A stretch of DNA of 63,998 bases, counting the filler, from Octopus bimaculoides (Eukaryota): NCBI RefSeq assembly GCF_001194135.2. It is 8 parts of 7 records of this genome, joined end to end, with 100 filler letters (N's around TTAATTAATTAA, not from the genome) between each part and the next. Parts side by side here need not be neighbours in the genome. Positions count along the whole stretch, not along the records: positions 6,432 to 17,586 come from NC_068981.1; positions 17,687 to 21,461 come from NC_068986.1; positions 21,562 to 33,159 come from NW_026322002.1; 5 more parts are not named here. One strand, written 5' to 3'. Every line of letters starts with the position of its first letter. Positions within the stretch are counted from its first letter, which is position 1. A model generated the notes under the pieces. It saw nothing but the letters and a program-made list of their open reading frames with translations, made no database searches and was not told the DNA's origin. A program made the position numbers and the translations under genes. Positions 12,152 through 24,578 of this stretch are shown here, in pieces.

Positions 12152-14149
12152 ATGTGTTTGTAGATAGATAGATAGATAGATAGATAGAAAAATAGATAGA
12201 TAATATTTGTGAGTTTCTCCTGATTTCATATGTGAACATTATAAAATGCATCGCTTTTTGAGAGAGACAGGGAAAATAAGAATTTCATGTTGTTTAAACA
12301 TCAAGGAAGACGAAATTCACTATGGTCTAATATTGCGACAGCACAATTTTATTGGTAATATAAGCACAAGTAATTAAAGTGATAAATGGGTTTAAAGAGG
12401 AAAATACAAAGTTGAAAGGGTTCATACGTTTCACTAAAAGTCTGCTTTATAGTCATTGGTAACTGCTACAAAGGAAGTATTTGGCACCACCTTGGAAGAT
12501 AATTCTGACACTGGCAGATAAGTTATGCGAGCGAAAATAATTTTGCCATAAAGAAATATGGCAAAATATGTAAGGCGAGTAAGTTTTGGAAGAAGATTTG
12601 AGATATATAAAGCAGAAAGAGATTTCTGAAGTAAAAAAAAAAACTAACAGTAACGACTACAAATTTTTACAACAATGCAGAAACAGAAAAGATAAAAGAG
12701 CGAAGAAGAAAATCAAATGACTCGCTACAAAATCGCACAACAAACCGAAATCCAACAAGAAATAAAGAACATGTAACAAAGCTAGCAAGCAAAGGAACTA
12801 CTTTATGTGATAAATTTCTATTAGATATGGCTGAGTGTCCTCTATACCAAAACTATTAGTTCCGAGTTAGCTTAGAATGTATAATCCTCAGAAAAGTCAA
12901 TGAGAAGAAAAATCGTTTTGTGTTATTTTTTCTTTTAAATTTCATCTGCGATCTTGCTGATATTTTCTTTTTAACACCAGCTTTTGATCGTAGCTATTCT
13001 ATTATCCTCAGATAATTTGTAGAGTCAACACGGTATCCCAAATTACCTTTCGGTGGAGTGAATATTCACTAAATTTCCAGAAAGAGTACGGGATTAAGGA
13101 TTAATAGTAGATATAACACAATTGCGCGAATAATCGAAACTCTAAAATAATAGAACATTTCAATTTTGTTTTGTTTCACAAAGTATAATACAATCCTCTT
13201 TCTACATTACAGCTGCTTCGCCAAAGTACCTCAGTCGGTAATTTCTTTAGACCAGACTCTGGTTCTGCTCTGACCTTCGGTGTGATGGCTGGTGAGGTAT
13301 ATTCAATCAAGCCTTTATGCTCTAGCATATGTTACAGAATTACCTTTCTCAGCTTGCTAGAAACAACGAAGTTATTGTATAATTATATTGATACCTAGCT
13401 GTTTACACTTCTAAATAATAAAAGGGAACTGATCATCGGTGATGGAACAATAAGTTTTGATAGTGATTCTATTATTTTTTTCATTTGTTACTAGAAGAGG
13501 GAAATGAACAGAAAACGGGAATGAACTCATTGAATTTGTATATTTCTTCTACGATAAACGAATGAGATCAATGCGATTAATGTCCAGGAAACAACAACAA
13601 AAAAAAAAAACAAGAGCAATATAGAGGATAAATGGAAAACTTAAACATCGAGCCAACAACTCATTCAATAAGTTTACAGAATTGTTATTCCACAAATAGT
13701 TCTTTGAGAAATGAAAGAGTTTTAAGGTGGGCATCGGAAGTATGAGAGAAATTCTGCCACACTTACAAATTCTCAAAATTTCACATGACTGAAGAAAAAA
13801 GTAAGAGCACTAATATTCTTGCAGGCTATGGATGCAGGACTTTTGAATTTGGGAGTTCAGCTCTGATCGAACTGACCTGTCTTAAAACTCATACCAGTAG
13901 AGTATATGACATAATTTTGTATAAGGATTAGAGTAGAATTTTTGCCAGATACTTTTCAGATCGTTAATGGTGGTTATATACAGAAATGTTTGGTAGTAGT
14001 GGTTATGATAGAGTTAGTATTCGTAGCTCTACTGATGGTGATATTCAATTTGTTCGTATTCGTATTAATGATGTTGGTACAAGCGACAGAGAGGGATTTC
14101 ACGAAATAGATATTATAATAGCAGTAAGGTAAGAATTAGTGTACGTGTG

Positions 14150-14188
<39 letters not shown>

Positions 14189-14689
14189 NNNNNNNNNNNN
14201 NNNNNNNNNNNNNNNNNNNNNNNNNNNNNNNNNNNNNNNNNNNNNNNNNNNNNNNNNNNNNNNNNNNNNNNNNNNNNNNNNNNNNNNNNNNNNNNNNNNN
14301 NNNNNNNNNNNNNNNNNNNNNNNNNNNNNNNNNNNNNNNNNNNNNNNNNNNNNNNNNNNNNNNNNNNNNNNNNNNNNNNNNNNNNNNNNNNNNNNNNNNN
14401 NNNNNNNNNNNNNNNNNNNNNNNNNNNNNNNNNNNNNNNNNNNNNNNNNNNNNNNNNNNNNNNNNNNNNNNNNNNNNNNNNNNNNNNNNNNNNNNNNNNN
14501 NNNNNNNNNNNNNNNNNNNNNNNNNNNNNNNNNNNNNNNNNNNNNNNNNNNNNNNNNNNNNNNNNNNNNNNNNNNNNNNNNNNNNNNNNNNNNNNNNNNN
14601 NNNNNNNNNNNNNNNNNNATATATATTTCTATCCCGTAAGATCAACTGACCATAAAAATATACCGCTACCAACCTCCACCTCTATCTCT

Positions 14690-15130
14690 CCTCTATCCCC
14701 TTTCACATTCTGTCTTCATGACTTGACCTAATTACCGATCGCTTTTCACTTGACTTGGACATTATTCAAGTAAACAAGCAAAAATCCATCGCTGTATGGC
14801 ATATATTCACCTCCGCTATCTATGCTGTATCAGCCTTCGCTCCAACATCTATTTCCGGATTATCCCCACAAGGATTACTTTACACGGATTTTTACACGGA
14901 TATTTACTACTGGAATGAAACTACACTTCAAGTACTTTTCTCTCTGTTTTTCAGCGCATCACACTCTTTAGCACTTCATACTAAAAATATCCGCCTATGG
15001 ATATAATAATAGATTCCTTTATTTTTTCCTGTCTCCGATGAAGGGAAGTACTGGATCTTTCCAGAAACATCTGTAAGACTCTATCCTTAAAATACTTCTC
15101 CAACCTTACCATTGGTCTCTTTATCTTTTT
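14690..15130 (+). mobile_element. Penelope-like pseudo-LTR remnant (host of the HHR at 15031)
   Basis: Pyrimidine-rich non-coding tract ending in a Penelope-type minimal HHR. Boundaries approximate. Confidence 0.4.
15031..15079 (+). ncRNA. Minimal type-I hammerhead ribozyme motif (Penelope-type)
   Basis: GUCU-CCGAUGA-AGGGAAG[uacuggau]CUUUCCA-GAAA-CAUCUG-UA-AGAC. Stem I GUCU/AGAC, stem II present, near-palindromic stem III, GUA triplet; U4 to C change in the core. Confidence 0.6.
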
Positions 15131-15601
15131 ATTTTTATATATTTACATATACACACGCTAATACACGACTTATAATCTCAAATCCTGTTCATACAACGAC
15201 TGGGGCAAAGTAGTCGGTATACAGGACTTACTCGGTATTACCTGTATCCTCTTGGGTTTGCTTAAATCCAATACCCTCCTCAACCTTATATNNNNNNNNN
15301 NNNNNNNNNNNNNNNNNNNNNNNNNNNNNNNNNNNNNNNNNNNNNNNNNNNNNNNNNNNNNNNNNNNNNNNNNNNNNNNNNNNNNNNNNNNNNNNNNNNN
15401 NNNNNNNNNNNNNNNNNNNNNNNNNNNNNNNNNNNNNNNNNNNNNNNNNNNNNNNNNNNNNNNNNNNNNNNNNNNNNNNNNNNNNNNNNNNNNNNNNNNN
15501 NNNNNNNNNNNNNNNNNNNNNNNNNNNNNNNNNNNNNNNNNNNNNNNNNNNNNNNNNNNNNNNNNNNNNNNNNNNNNNNNNNNNNNNNNNNNNNNNNNNN
15601 N

Positions 15602-15640
<39 letters not shown>

Positions 15641-16478
15641 TGTGTGTATATATATGTATATATGTATATGCATGTATGTATGTATGTGTATGTGTGTGTG
15701 TATGTGTGTACGTGTGTGTGCGTGCGTGTGTGTGTGTGTGTATGTGGCATTTAAATAGAACCATTATTTTTTTATGTACAAAGATTAATATAAAAATTGA
15801 TGGGCAAGTAAAATCAGCAGAACAAAATGTAATCTAGTATTTAGAAACTTCCTTCTACGATCTGAATTTAGAAATCAGTGATGTCGAAGTGGTTTGTAAG
15901 ACAGTTCAGTTGATGTTTCTTTCATATATCTACTGATGTGAGGAGAAACTGCTGTACGGATCAACATATGTGAGCCTCAACTAATGTGAGCAGAAACACT
16001 AATATAAGAAATAAGTATGAATAAAAGATGTGATATATATGGTAGGCTCTTGAAATCTCTTTTGTTTTTTTGATTTCAGTCATCTTTAACTTTCATTCTC
16101 CTGGGTTGGGTAAACCAATGTATGCAGGATGAATGGCTACTAATTAATCGGCTATATCCTACTCCGAAATGCATGACTTTGTGCCTTTCTTAGAAATCAC
16201 TAACGGTGCAGAAGAATATTGACGGAGGGCAGGAAGAGTAGATTAGTGAAAAGAATGATTTATAGTTTTGGTAGAATCGGTAGTGCGTCGGACAAAATGT
16301 CATATGGCATTAGCTGCAGCTCTTTATCATCTGAATTCAAATTACGCCGAAGTCAAATTTATGTTCCATTATTTTGCGTTTGATAAAATAAAGTACCAAT
16401 CAAGTACTAGATTAGATTTAATTGACTGACTCTCATTACAATCTGTCAGACCCTCTGCTATTATTATCACTGACATGA

Positions 16479-16610
16479 AGACGGCGAGCTGGCAGAATTA
16501 TTAGCAGGCAGGAGGAAATGCTTAGCGGTATTTCACCCGTTACTACGTTCCGTGTTCAAATTCCGCTAAGGTCAACATTACCTTTCATCCTTTCGGGGTC
16601 GATAAATTTA
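16479..16610 (+). mobile_element. SINE family A, 3'-truncated
   Basis: gacggcgagctggcagaa...cctttcatcctttcggggtcgataaatt. Confidence 0.85.
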
Positions 16611-16689
16611 GGGGTTATCGCACGGACAGCAGACGATCTAAACAGCTTAGACAGAAAGACAAAATTAAATCCCATGATAAGTGGTACAA

Positions 16690-17231
16690 GTTTGGAGTTA
16701 CCAGGGGGTTGCTTATATAGTTCTCAGCTCCCTTCCTTATCATTCCCAACACACCAGTTACTACTGGTATTATCGTCGTACTAAGCTTCCACATTTTTGT
16801 GATTTCAATTTGCAGATCTTTATAGTGAGAAAGCTTTTCGTATTCCTCTATTGAGGCACTTTGATCTTGTGAGATAGACATATCTATTAACAGACAAGTT
16901 TCTCTGTTGTAGTCCTTGATCACAATGTCTGGTCGATTGGAGTCAATTTTACTGTCTGTTTTATTGGGAAGTTCCAAAAGGTGTTGAATCCCTCGCCATT
17001 CACTACATCCTCTTGATGGTGCTTTCTACCACTTATCATAGGATTTAATTTTGTACTATTTACAAGCATCCCAGTGGATGTACTGCTCTAGTCTGTCATG
17101 TCTTATGAGGCACTTCGTTTCAGCGAGGACTGGTAGCCAGAAACAGCATGATTAATTGCCTCTGAATTTTCCACAAATTCTGCAGGAGGGGTCAGATCCA
17201 CCTTTAAGGGCATTTGAATAGTAGCATCTGG
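16690..17231 (-). mobile_element. Old R4/Dong-like non-LTR retrotransposon 3' remnant (CCHC plus restriction-like endonuclease)
   Basis: CRICGK..INH..G..VLA...IRHD..YIHW followed by NRPDIVIKD...CLLIDMSI...EKLSHYKDLQIEITKMWKLSTTIIPVVTGVLG. Confidence 0.85.
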
Positions 17232-17586
17232 TATTATTATTATTATTATCATCATTATTATTATTATTATTATTATTATTCAGTAGTTTTATTTTTATAA
17301 CGTGCTTTCACTTCACTACCGAGCGCAGCTCTGTGCGCCTTGGGTATGTGCTGTGGTTTGCTGTGGTGCTCTTATGTTTACTGTATTGAAAGTGTTTTGC
17401 GTAGAATGTGTGCAGTACCCAGTAGTGCAATTTTCTGTATGTTATATATATTTGTAAGTCCTGGTGTTTTTGTTATGTATTTGTCTGAATATTTTTTTAT
17501 TATACCTAAGGCACCTACTATGATAGGAATTGTTTCTGTTTTTAGATTCCACATTCGAGTTATCTCTATTTCCAGGTCTTTGTATT
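17232..17586 (-). mobile_element. Younger R4/Dong-like element 3' end with 3' UTR and (AAT)n tail
   Basis: Uninterrupted YKDLEIEITRMWNLKTETIPIIVGALGIIKK...IQKIALLGTAHILRKTLSIQ* (stop 17378-17380), about 95-bp UTR, then (AAT)n at 17232-17281. The 5' side runs into a gap. Confidence 0.9.
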
Positions 17587-17686
17587 NNNNNNNNNNNNNN
17601 NNNNNNNNNNNNNNNNNNNNNNNNNNNNNNTTAATTAATTAANNNNNNNNNNNNNNNNNNNNNNNNNNNNNNNNNNNNNNNNNNNN

Positions 17687-17935
17687 ATATATATGTATGT
17701 ATGTACGTGTGTGTGTGTGTGTGTGTGTATGTTTGTGTGTCTGTGTTTGTCCCCACAACATCGCTTGACAACCGATGCTGGTATGTTTACATCCCCGTAA
17801 CTTTGCGGTTTGGCAAAAGAGACCGATAGAATAAGTACTAGGCTTACAAAGAATAAGTCCTGGAGTCGATTTGCTCGACTAAAGGCGGTGCTCCAGTATG
17901 TCCACAGTCAAATGACTGAAACAAGTAAAAGAGAA
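17687..17935 (+). mobile_element. SINE family B 3' half
   Basis: gtttgtccccacaacatcgcttgacaacc...ggcggtgctccag...tgactgaaacaagtaaaagag. Confidence 0.9.
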
Positions 17936-18266
17936 AAACAGTATACCGTAAACGAGACGGAGAAAGTTTCATGGGAGACAACTCTTAAAAGCAGGAAAAT
18001 AAATTTGTGAAACGTTTTATGTTTGATTATTTCCCTTTGTTTTCTATTTTTGTTAGTGGTGTTCGCTCTAGCTACACTTAATGGTTCGAAGGGGAGTAAT
18101 CACCTTACAAAGTATTGAGTATTTTGCTCTCAATACTTCATTTCCATGTCAAAGGCTTTCCTTTTAACGCTGATATAGTGATCACGAAAGGGATACTCGT
18201 GCACATATCTTTGTTTCTTAATTGCAGTATTGCAGTGTGTGTGTGTGAGTGAGTGAGTGAGTGAGT

Positions 18267-18308
<42 letters not shown>

Positions 18309-18734
18309 TGAAGAAGTGGAGGACAGAGACATGGGGAGAGAGATGAATAGATTGCGTATGGGATGGATTTACTCTTCCGATATTATGTAACTTCTCCAAA
18401 TATAACCCAAATAGAAGAAACTTGCTGAAATACCCAGAAACCGGATTAAAGGACCTGGATTTTAAGAATAACATCGTAAAGTAATTCATTTAACTGACAG
18501 TAAAGCTTTTGTACAAACATTCGGCGGAGTAGTTACACCACGTAAATCTTTTTGTTTTTGGTTTTAACCTTTTTATTTATTTATTTTTTCGAATCACAGA
18601 CGATTCCCATTCACCAAACCTTTTTTCTTTTTTATTAATACTGAATTTCAACTCTTTCCAGTATCCAACCTACCATATAAACCTAAGCTTAACAGTAACC
18701 TGAAACCTTAATCTCGTGTGGTAACCATTACAGC

Positions 18735-18890
18735 GAACACTAATCCTAAATCCTAATTCTAAACCCTAACCTTAACCTCAATCCTAAGCCTATCCCTAAG
18801 GCTTTAACTCCAACTCTAATCCTAAGCCTTAACTTTAACTTTAACTTCTAACTCTAACTCTAACTTCTAACTCTAACTCTAACGCTAACC
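18735..18890. repeat. Degenerate telomere-like hexamer array (CCCTAA/CTCTAA/CTTTAA)
   Basis: Run of taatcc/aaaccc/taactc/taactt units. Confidence 0.7.
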
Positions 18891-19273
18891 CACCTTCTTT
18901 TTGCCGAATCGTGATATCCTGTGTTTAAAGTATACATTTCTGCTAAAGTTTGGAAACGAAGAAAGTGAGTGCGAGTACGTACTTTGATATCACAGAATGA
19001 GAAAATATAGATAAAAAATCTGAAACTTGAAAAAACATTTTATTTACAGAATTGTAATCTTTGTGGTTTAAAATGTGAAAATCAGTAGAAATGTTCGGGG
19101 CGGGAGGGTGAGGGAAGAAGAAGAAAAGGAAAAGAAAAGATTTAAACTTACATGGGTGTTTGTCTAAAGTTACGCCAAAATTGCGAAACATTTAACGCAA
19201 TGCGCGTGCGCTAACTTTGAGTGAATAACCGAAGTGAATGCAGATGTACAGGTGATCCTATTGTGCACAAGTG

Positions 19274-19642
19274 TTGGTTGTTGTTGGCACTCCGTCGCTT
19301 ACGACGTCGAGGGTTCCAGTTGATCCGATCAACGGAACAGCCTGCTCGTGAAATTGACGTGCAAGTGGCTGAGCACTCCACAGACCCATGTACCCTTAAC
19401 GTAGTTCTCGGGGATATTCAGCGTGACACAGTGTGACAAGGCTGACCCTTTGAATTACAGGCACAACAGAAACAGGAAGTAAGAGAAAGTTGTGGTGAAA
19501 GAGAACACCATCCCCTGCCGAAGCCTCGTGGAGATTTAGGTGTTTTCGCTCAATAAACACTCACAACGCCCGGTCTGGGAATCGAAACCGCGATCCTATG
19601 ACTGCGAGTCCGCTTCCCTAACCACTGGGCCATTGCGCCTCC
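19274..19642 (-). mobile_element. Full-length SINE family C (long tail) with 12-bp TSD
   Basis: TGTGCACAAGTG at 19262-19273 and 19643-19654; tRNA-like head; (CAA)n end. Confidence 0.92.
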
Positions 19643-19768
19643 TGTGCACAAGTGCACAAGTTCTAATACAATGTGCACGAACAAAAATTTAGAAGCCAGT
19701 ACACATATTTATATTACATAAGCAGATATTATTTATCTCTCTATATAAGTATGTTTATTGATTTAAAT

Positions 19769-20383
19769 CAGTGTTTCTCATTAATTTTTTTTTCTACCTA
19801 TGGACCTCTTTGATTCCTATTTTACTCGGATGGACCCCACTAGCTTTTTTATTTCTATAATTAAATATTATTAGGAACTGTATTAAAAATATTTACTCTT
19901 TTACTTGTTTCAGTCATTTGACTGCGGCCATGCTTCAGCACCGCCTTTAGTCGAGCAGATTGACCCCAGGACTTATTCTTTGCAAGCCCAGTACTTATTC
20001 TATCGGTCTATTTTGCCGAACCGCTAAGTTACGTGGACGTAAACACACCACCATCGGTTCTCAAGCGATGTTGGGGGGACAAACACACACACACAAATAT
20101 GTATATATATATACATATATACGACAGGTTTCTTTCAGTTTCCGCCTACCAAATCCACTCACAAGGCTTTGGTCGGCCCAAGGCTATAGTAGAAGACACT
20201 TGCCCAAGGTGCCACGCAGTGGGATTGAACCCGGAACTATGTGGTCGGTAAGCAAGCAACTTACCACACAGCCGTTAAATATTTCGTGTATTGTAGAAGT
20301 ATAACCAATTTATTGCAGATAAATTTTAACAAAATTATATGTGGACCCGCAGGGGCCATATGGACCCCAGTTGAGAACCACTG
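19769..20383. mobile_element. hAT (Charlie-like) MITE with 8-bp TSD, interrupted by a SINE B
   Basis: TIRs CAGTGTTTCTCA and TTGAGAACCACTG; ATTTAAAT at 19761-19768 and 20384-20391. Confidence 0.85.
19893..20273 (-). mobile_element. Full-length SINE family B nested in the hAT MITE
   Basis: Complete reverse-complement match from head to tail. Confidence 0.92.
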
Positions 20384-20439
20384 ATTTAAATAAATAAATC
20401 ATTCTATCGCTCTATATACCAGATTCTCAGATGTCTTTA

Positions 20440-20800
20440 TATTACGCTAGTCATAATTTGCTTCCAAAACTTCGCTTGATAGCGTCCATGTCTTCAGTTT
20501 GGGCCCTAATTTTTATACTTTCATCTTCCTGTCGACTTGAAGGTCTGCCAAGAAAGTGTCTTCCGATCGCTTGGATACCATTCGACAAATGCACAGGTCT
20601 GTCTGTTCTCTGTAACCCTTGTACCATATCTGGTCCTTCGGAACTTGTGATTCGGTGTTCCATAATCACATCTTTCACTGCATTTCGCTCTTGAATAACC
20701 TATTTTCTTATGCTCTAACCAACGATATTCCTAGCATGGAACTTTCCAAGGCCCTCTTATTCCTAACATGGAAATTTCCAAGGTTCCCTGTGTCATAGTC
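20440..20800 (-). mobile_element. Highly decayed LINE AP-endonuclease C-terminal region (RTE-like)
   Basis: Frameshifted similarity to NT.F..PK...TW and QIDY...SDH..L..KL.LKLK; weak. Confidence 0.35.
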
Positions 20801-21054
20801 AGACATTTTCTTTCCTTTTTGGTTGTAGATCATGTCTCATTTCCGCATGGGTAATGCGGTACTATTGAACAGATAGGGACTAGTTCAGCTGTTCTTTGAG
20901 CATATCTTCAAGAATGGCAATGACTTTATTCATACTTTTTCTATGCAAAATATCAGCTTTCGTATCTTGGCTTATATACATGCATTTACGCAAATGAATA
21001 CAGTTTTATATAAAAGACAAATATATTTATATAAATAAACTTATATATGCTAAT

Positions 21055-21261
21055 CTTTTATCTTCTATCGTTTACTTGTTTCAGTCATTAGACTATGGCC
21101 ATGCTGGGGCAACCCTTTGAAGAATTTTTAATCAAATGAATCGACCCCAGTACTTATGTTTTTGCTAAGCCTGGTACTTATTTTATCAGTATCTTTTGCC
21201 TAACCGCTAAGTTATGGAGATGTAAATACACCAACACCGGTTGTCAAGCGGTGGTTGGGGA
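21055..21261 (-). mobile_element. SINE family B 3' half
   Basis: tttacttgtttcagtcattagactatggccatgctgg...ggttgtcaagcggtgg. Confidence 0.8.
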
Positions 21262-21820
21262 AAGATGGCTTTTGGGGGGAAAAAATTTTATTTTCATTTT
21301 AATAATAATGTTTAAAGCGAGTCACTCTGATATAAGCTTCAAGTAGTCGTTTTCAACCTGAAAAATATATGTTCTATTGGTTGCTTAAATAACAAAAGAT
21401 TTTTTCTTACAAAGAAAAAAAAATTTTACGCAAAAAAGGGAAATATATATATATATATATANNNNNNNNNNNNNNNNNNNNNNNNNNNNNNNNNNNNNNN
21501 NNNNNTTAATTAATTAANNNNNNNNNNNNNNNNNNNNNNNNNNNNNNNNNNNNNNNNNNNNAACCGAAGTCTAAAAAGAAAATAGAAACAACTAAAAAAC
21601 AGTAGTTTTGAAAATTCTATAATAAAACTACATCCAAAAATGAAGAAATGGAAGAAGAATTAACCATTAAATCTTGAGGTTTTGGACTGTCTGGTAATTG
21701 ATGGAGTGTGTTGTCAGTTTTTTGCTGCTTTTTTTTTATAATTTTGATTCTCTGTTATGGTTTTATTTCTGTGAAAGACTATAGAATAGTATTTTGTTAT
21801 TGTGTTAGTGTGGTGAATAC

Positions 21821-22173
21821 GTGGAGGCGCAATGGCCCAGTGATTAGGGCAGCGGACTCGCGGTCATAGGATCGTGGTTTCGATTCCCCGACCGGGCGTT
21901 GTCAGTGTTTATTGAACGAAAACACCTAAAGCTCCACGAGGCTCCAGCAGGGGTTGGTGGCGAACCCTACTGTACTCTGCCACCACAACTTTCTCTCACT
22001 CTTACTTCCTGTTTCTGTTGTGCCTGTAATTCAAAGGGTCAGCCTTGTCACACTGTGTCACGCTGAATATCCCCGAGAACTATGTTAAGGGTACACATGT
22101 CTGTGGAGTGCTCAGCCACTTGCACATTAATTTCAACTGGAACCCTCGACGTCGTAAGCGACGGAGTGCCAAC
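21821..22173 (+). mobile_element. SINE family C (long tail)
   Basis: Near-identical to the 19274-19642 copy, with a small deletion near the 3' end. Confidence 0.92.
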
Positions 22174-22370
22174 TATATGGCCTAGTGGTCAGAATGTCAG
22201 ACTCTTGATCGGCAAATCGTAGTTTCTAAGCTTGGACCGGTTGGTGCGTTTTGCTCTTGAGCAACACACTTCATCTCACTTCCACACCTGACGCATCGTA
22301 CACCGTGCACCTAAACAGCCAACGTCGACTTGATGGAGAAGTGAGCTTCATGCACAGTAGAAACGTCTCT
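22174..22370 (+). mobile_element. Decayed SINE family D-like copy abutting the family C tail
   Basis: ggcctagtggtcag head and ctcttgagcaacacacttcatctcact central block. Confidence 0.55.
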
Positions 22371-22374
22371 TGTT

Positions 22375-22655
22375 CTATTCTTTACTTGTTTCAATCATTT
22401 GATGGTGATCATGCTGGAGCAACACCTTAAGAGGTTTTAGTTGCACAAATAGAGCCTAGGATTTATTTTCTAAAGCCTGGTACTTCTTCTTCGCTGAACC
22501 ACTTTACTGGGACGTAAACACATCAACGCCGGTTGTCACGCGGTGGTAGGGGACTAACACAGATATAAAGACACTCATACTCACAGATATATACATACAT
22601 ACCTACATACATATCTATCTATCTCTATATATATATTTATACATACATACATACC

Positions 22656-22687
<32 letters not shown>

Positions 22688-23066
22688 NNNNNNNNNNNNN
22701 NNNNNNNNNNNNNNNNNNNNNNNNNNNNNNNNNNNNNNNNNNNNNNNNNNNNNNNNNNNNNNNNNNNNNNNNNNNNNNNNNNNNNNNNNNNNNNNNNNNN
22801 NNNNNNNNNNNNNNNNNNNNNNNNNNNNNNNNNNNNNNNNNNNNNNNNNNNNNNNNNNNNNNNNNNNNNNNNNNNNNNNNNNNNNNNNNNNNNNNNNNNN
22901 NNNNNNNNGGGGGTTTTCAGTTTCCGTCAATTAAATCCACTAACAAGGCTCTAGTCGGCCCGAGGCTATAGTGGCAGACACTTGCCCAAAGTGCCACGCA
23001 ATGAAACTGAACCCGGAACCATGCGGTTGGGATGCGAGCTTCTTACAGCACAGCCACGCATGCGCC
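22375..23066 (-). mobile_element. SINE family B spanning a gap
   Basis: Tail at 22375-22570, microsatellite and gap, head at 22910-23066. Confidence 0.8.
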
Positions 23067-23519
23067 ATTTGTTCACAATAAATAAATCATTTGAAGAGGG
23101 ATGTTCAGTAACAAACTTGCAGAAGCGTCTTTCTCGGATTACAAGTAACTACCATGAATTTGCTTATATAATAATAAAAATATTTCATTTATGCTTCTAC
23201 TAATGTCAGTTACTTAACTGCGCCCATATTGGGGCATTCCTTTGATGGATGTATATAGTCAATTTTATGTCTAAACCATTACATATTTTCAATCTTGTAG
23301 TGATTTTATCGATATTTGTTTTTATCGATTGGTTTAACATTTTGATACACCGTCCCCAGGCAATGCTGTGTCACTCACAACGCAATCACAAAAGGGCGTT
23401 TGTGGTGTTTATTAACAGTATCACAAAAGATAGAAAGAAATCTGTGTATATATAGATGTGTATGTGTGTATGTGTGCATGAAATATATATTAAGAAATGA
23501 GAAATTGAGCTGCTGTTAG

Positions 23520-23580
23520 ACGACACCAATGGCGCGTGTGAAATAATTTTCTTTCTAGTGACCGGAAGCGGAAGCAGGTG
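23520..23580 (+). promoter_or_regulatory. Candidate promoter patch with tandem ETS/GABP-type sites
   Basis: ACCGGAAGCGGAAGC at 23561-23575 and CCAAT at 23526-23530. Confidence 0.3.
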
Positions 23581-24003
23581 CAAATATCATGCAATGTAGT
23601 AAACTGCTAATTGGTAAATGAAGTCAGAGCTAAGTGGAAAATTTGATAAAGGTGTCAGGGTTATTCACTATATCGCTAAACGTAGATGTATATGTACAGT
23701 CAGGTGCATACACGCATTCGTATATACATACAAGCATATAAATAATTTAGTGTGTGTAATACATGCCAGAAATGTGTGTGGCTTTGTATGTGTATTTGGG
23801 TGTCTATGTGTTTGAGTATATACGTGTGTACGTATACAAATGCGAGTATATGTATGTATACACCTATATGTATGTATGTATGTATGTGTATATATATATA
23901 TTATATATATATATATATATATACATACAAATATATGTACAGTCACAATAAATTTCTGTTTCTATGTTGATACACGAGTACATAATATATATGCATACAT
24001 GCA

Positions 24004-24056
<53 letters not shown>

Positions 24057-24543
24057 GCTTATATGTGTGTATATATATACATATATATAAATATGCATGT
24101 ATACGTATATATTTGTGTATATATATATATGTGTGTATGCCTGCATGTATGTATGTATATACATACGTATGTATGTATGTATGTATAACTGTGTGATCCA
24201 GCCGCACATGCACAGAGAAGTGATACAAAAGTATCATTAAGTGCAAAACCAATATAACAAGTACCGCCAGACAAATAAAAACAAAAGGCCGTAAATTCTG
24301 TTTTGAGCATAGTATAGAGCACTCAATGAACTTTTAAGGTGGGGAAAAAAATCAATGAAAAGAAATGTTCGATTTAGTAAGAAGGCGTTGTTGATACTTC
24401 CGGACCAGCATTTACTTCCGGATTAGCATTTACTTCCACAAGATACTTCCTTTAGGACATGTAACTTTCATTAGAAACTTTACCGATCGTTTTCTTTCTT
24501 CTCTTTCCCTTTCTTTATAATCTCCGCCCTTTGGTTATACACC

Positions 24544-24578
<35 letters not shown>

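Noticed and set aside
13959-14128. Apparent exon with AG acceptor, GTAAGA donor and a hydrophobic frame
   Set aside because: Degenerate GGT/AGT/TAT trinucleotide sequence; no frame stays open from acceptor to donor and no homology was recognised.
15926-15965. CTGATG...GAAACTGCTGTA hammerhead-like string
   Set aside because: No A9, no stem II, and stem I does not pair.
22330-22372. TTGATGG...GAAACGTC in a SINE tail
   Set aside because: A9 missing, 3-8 pair broken, no stem I.
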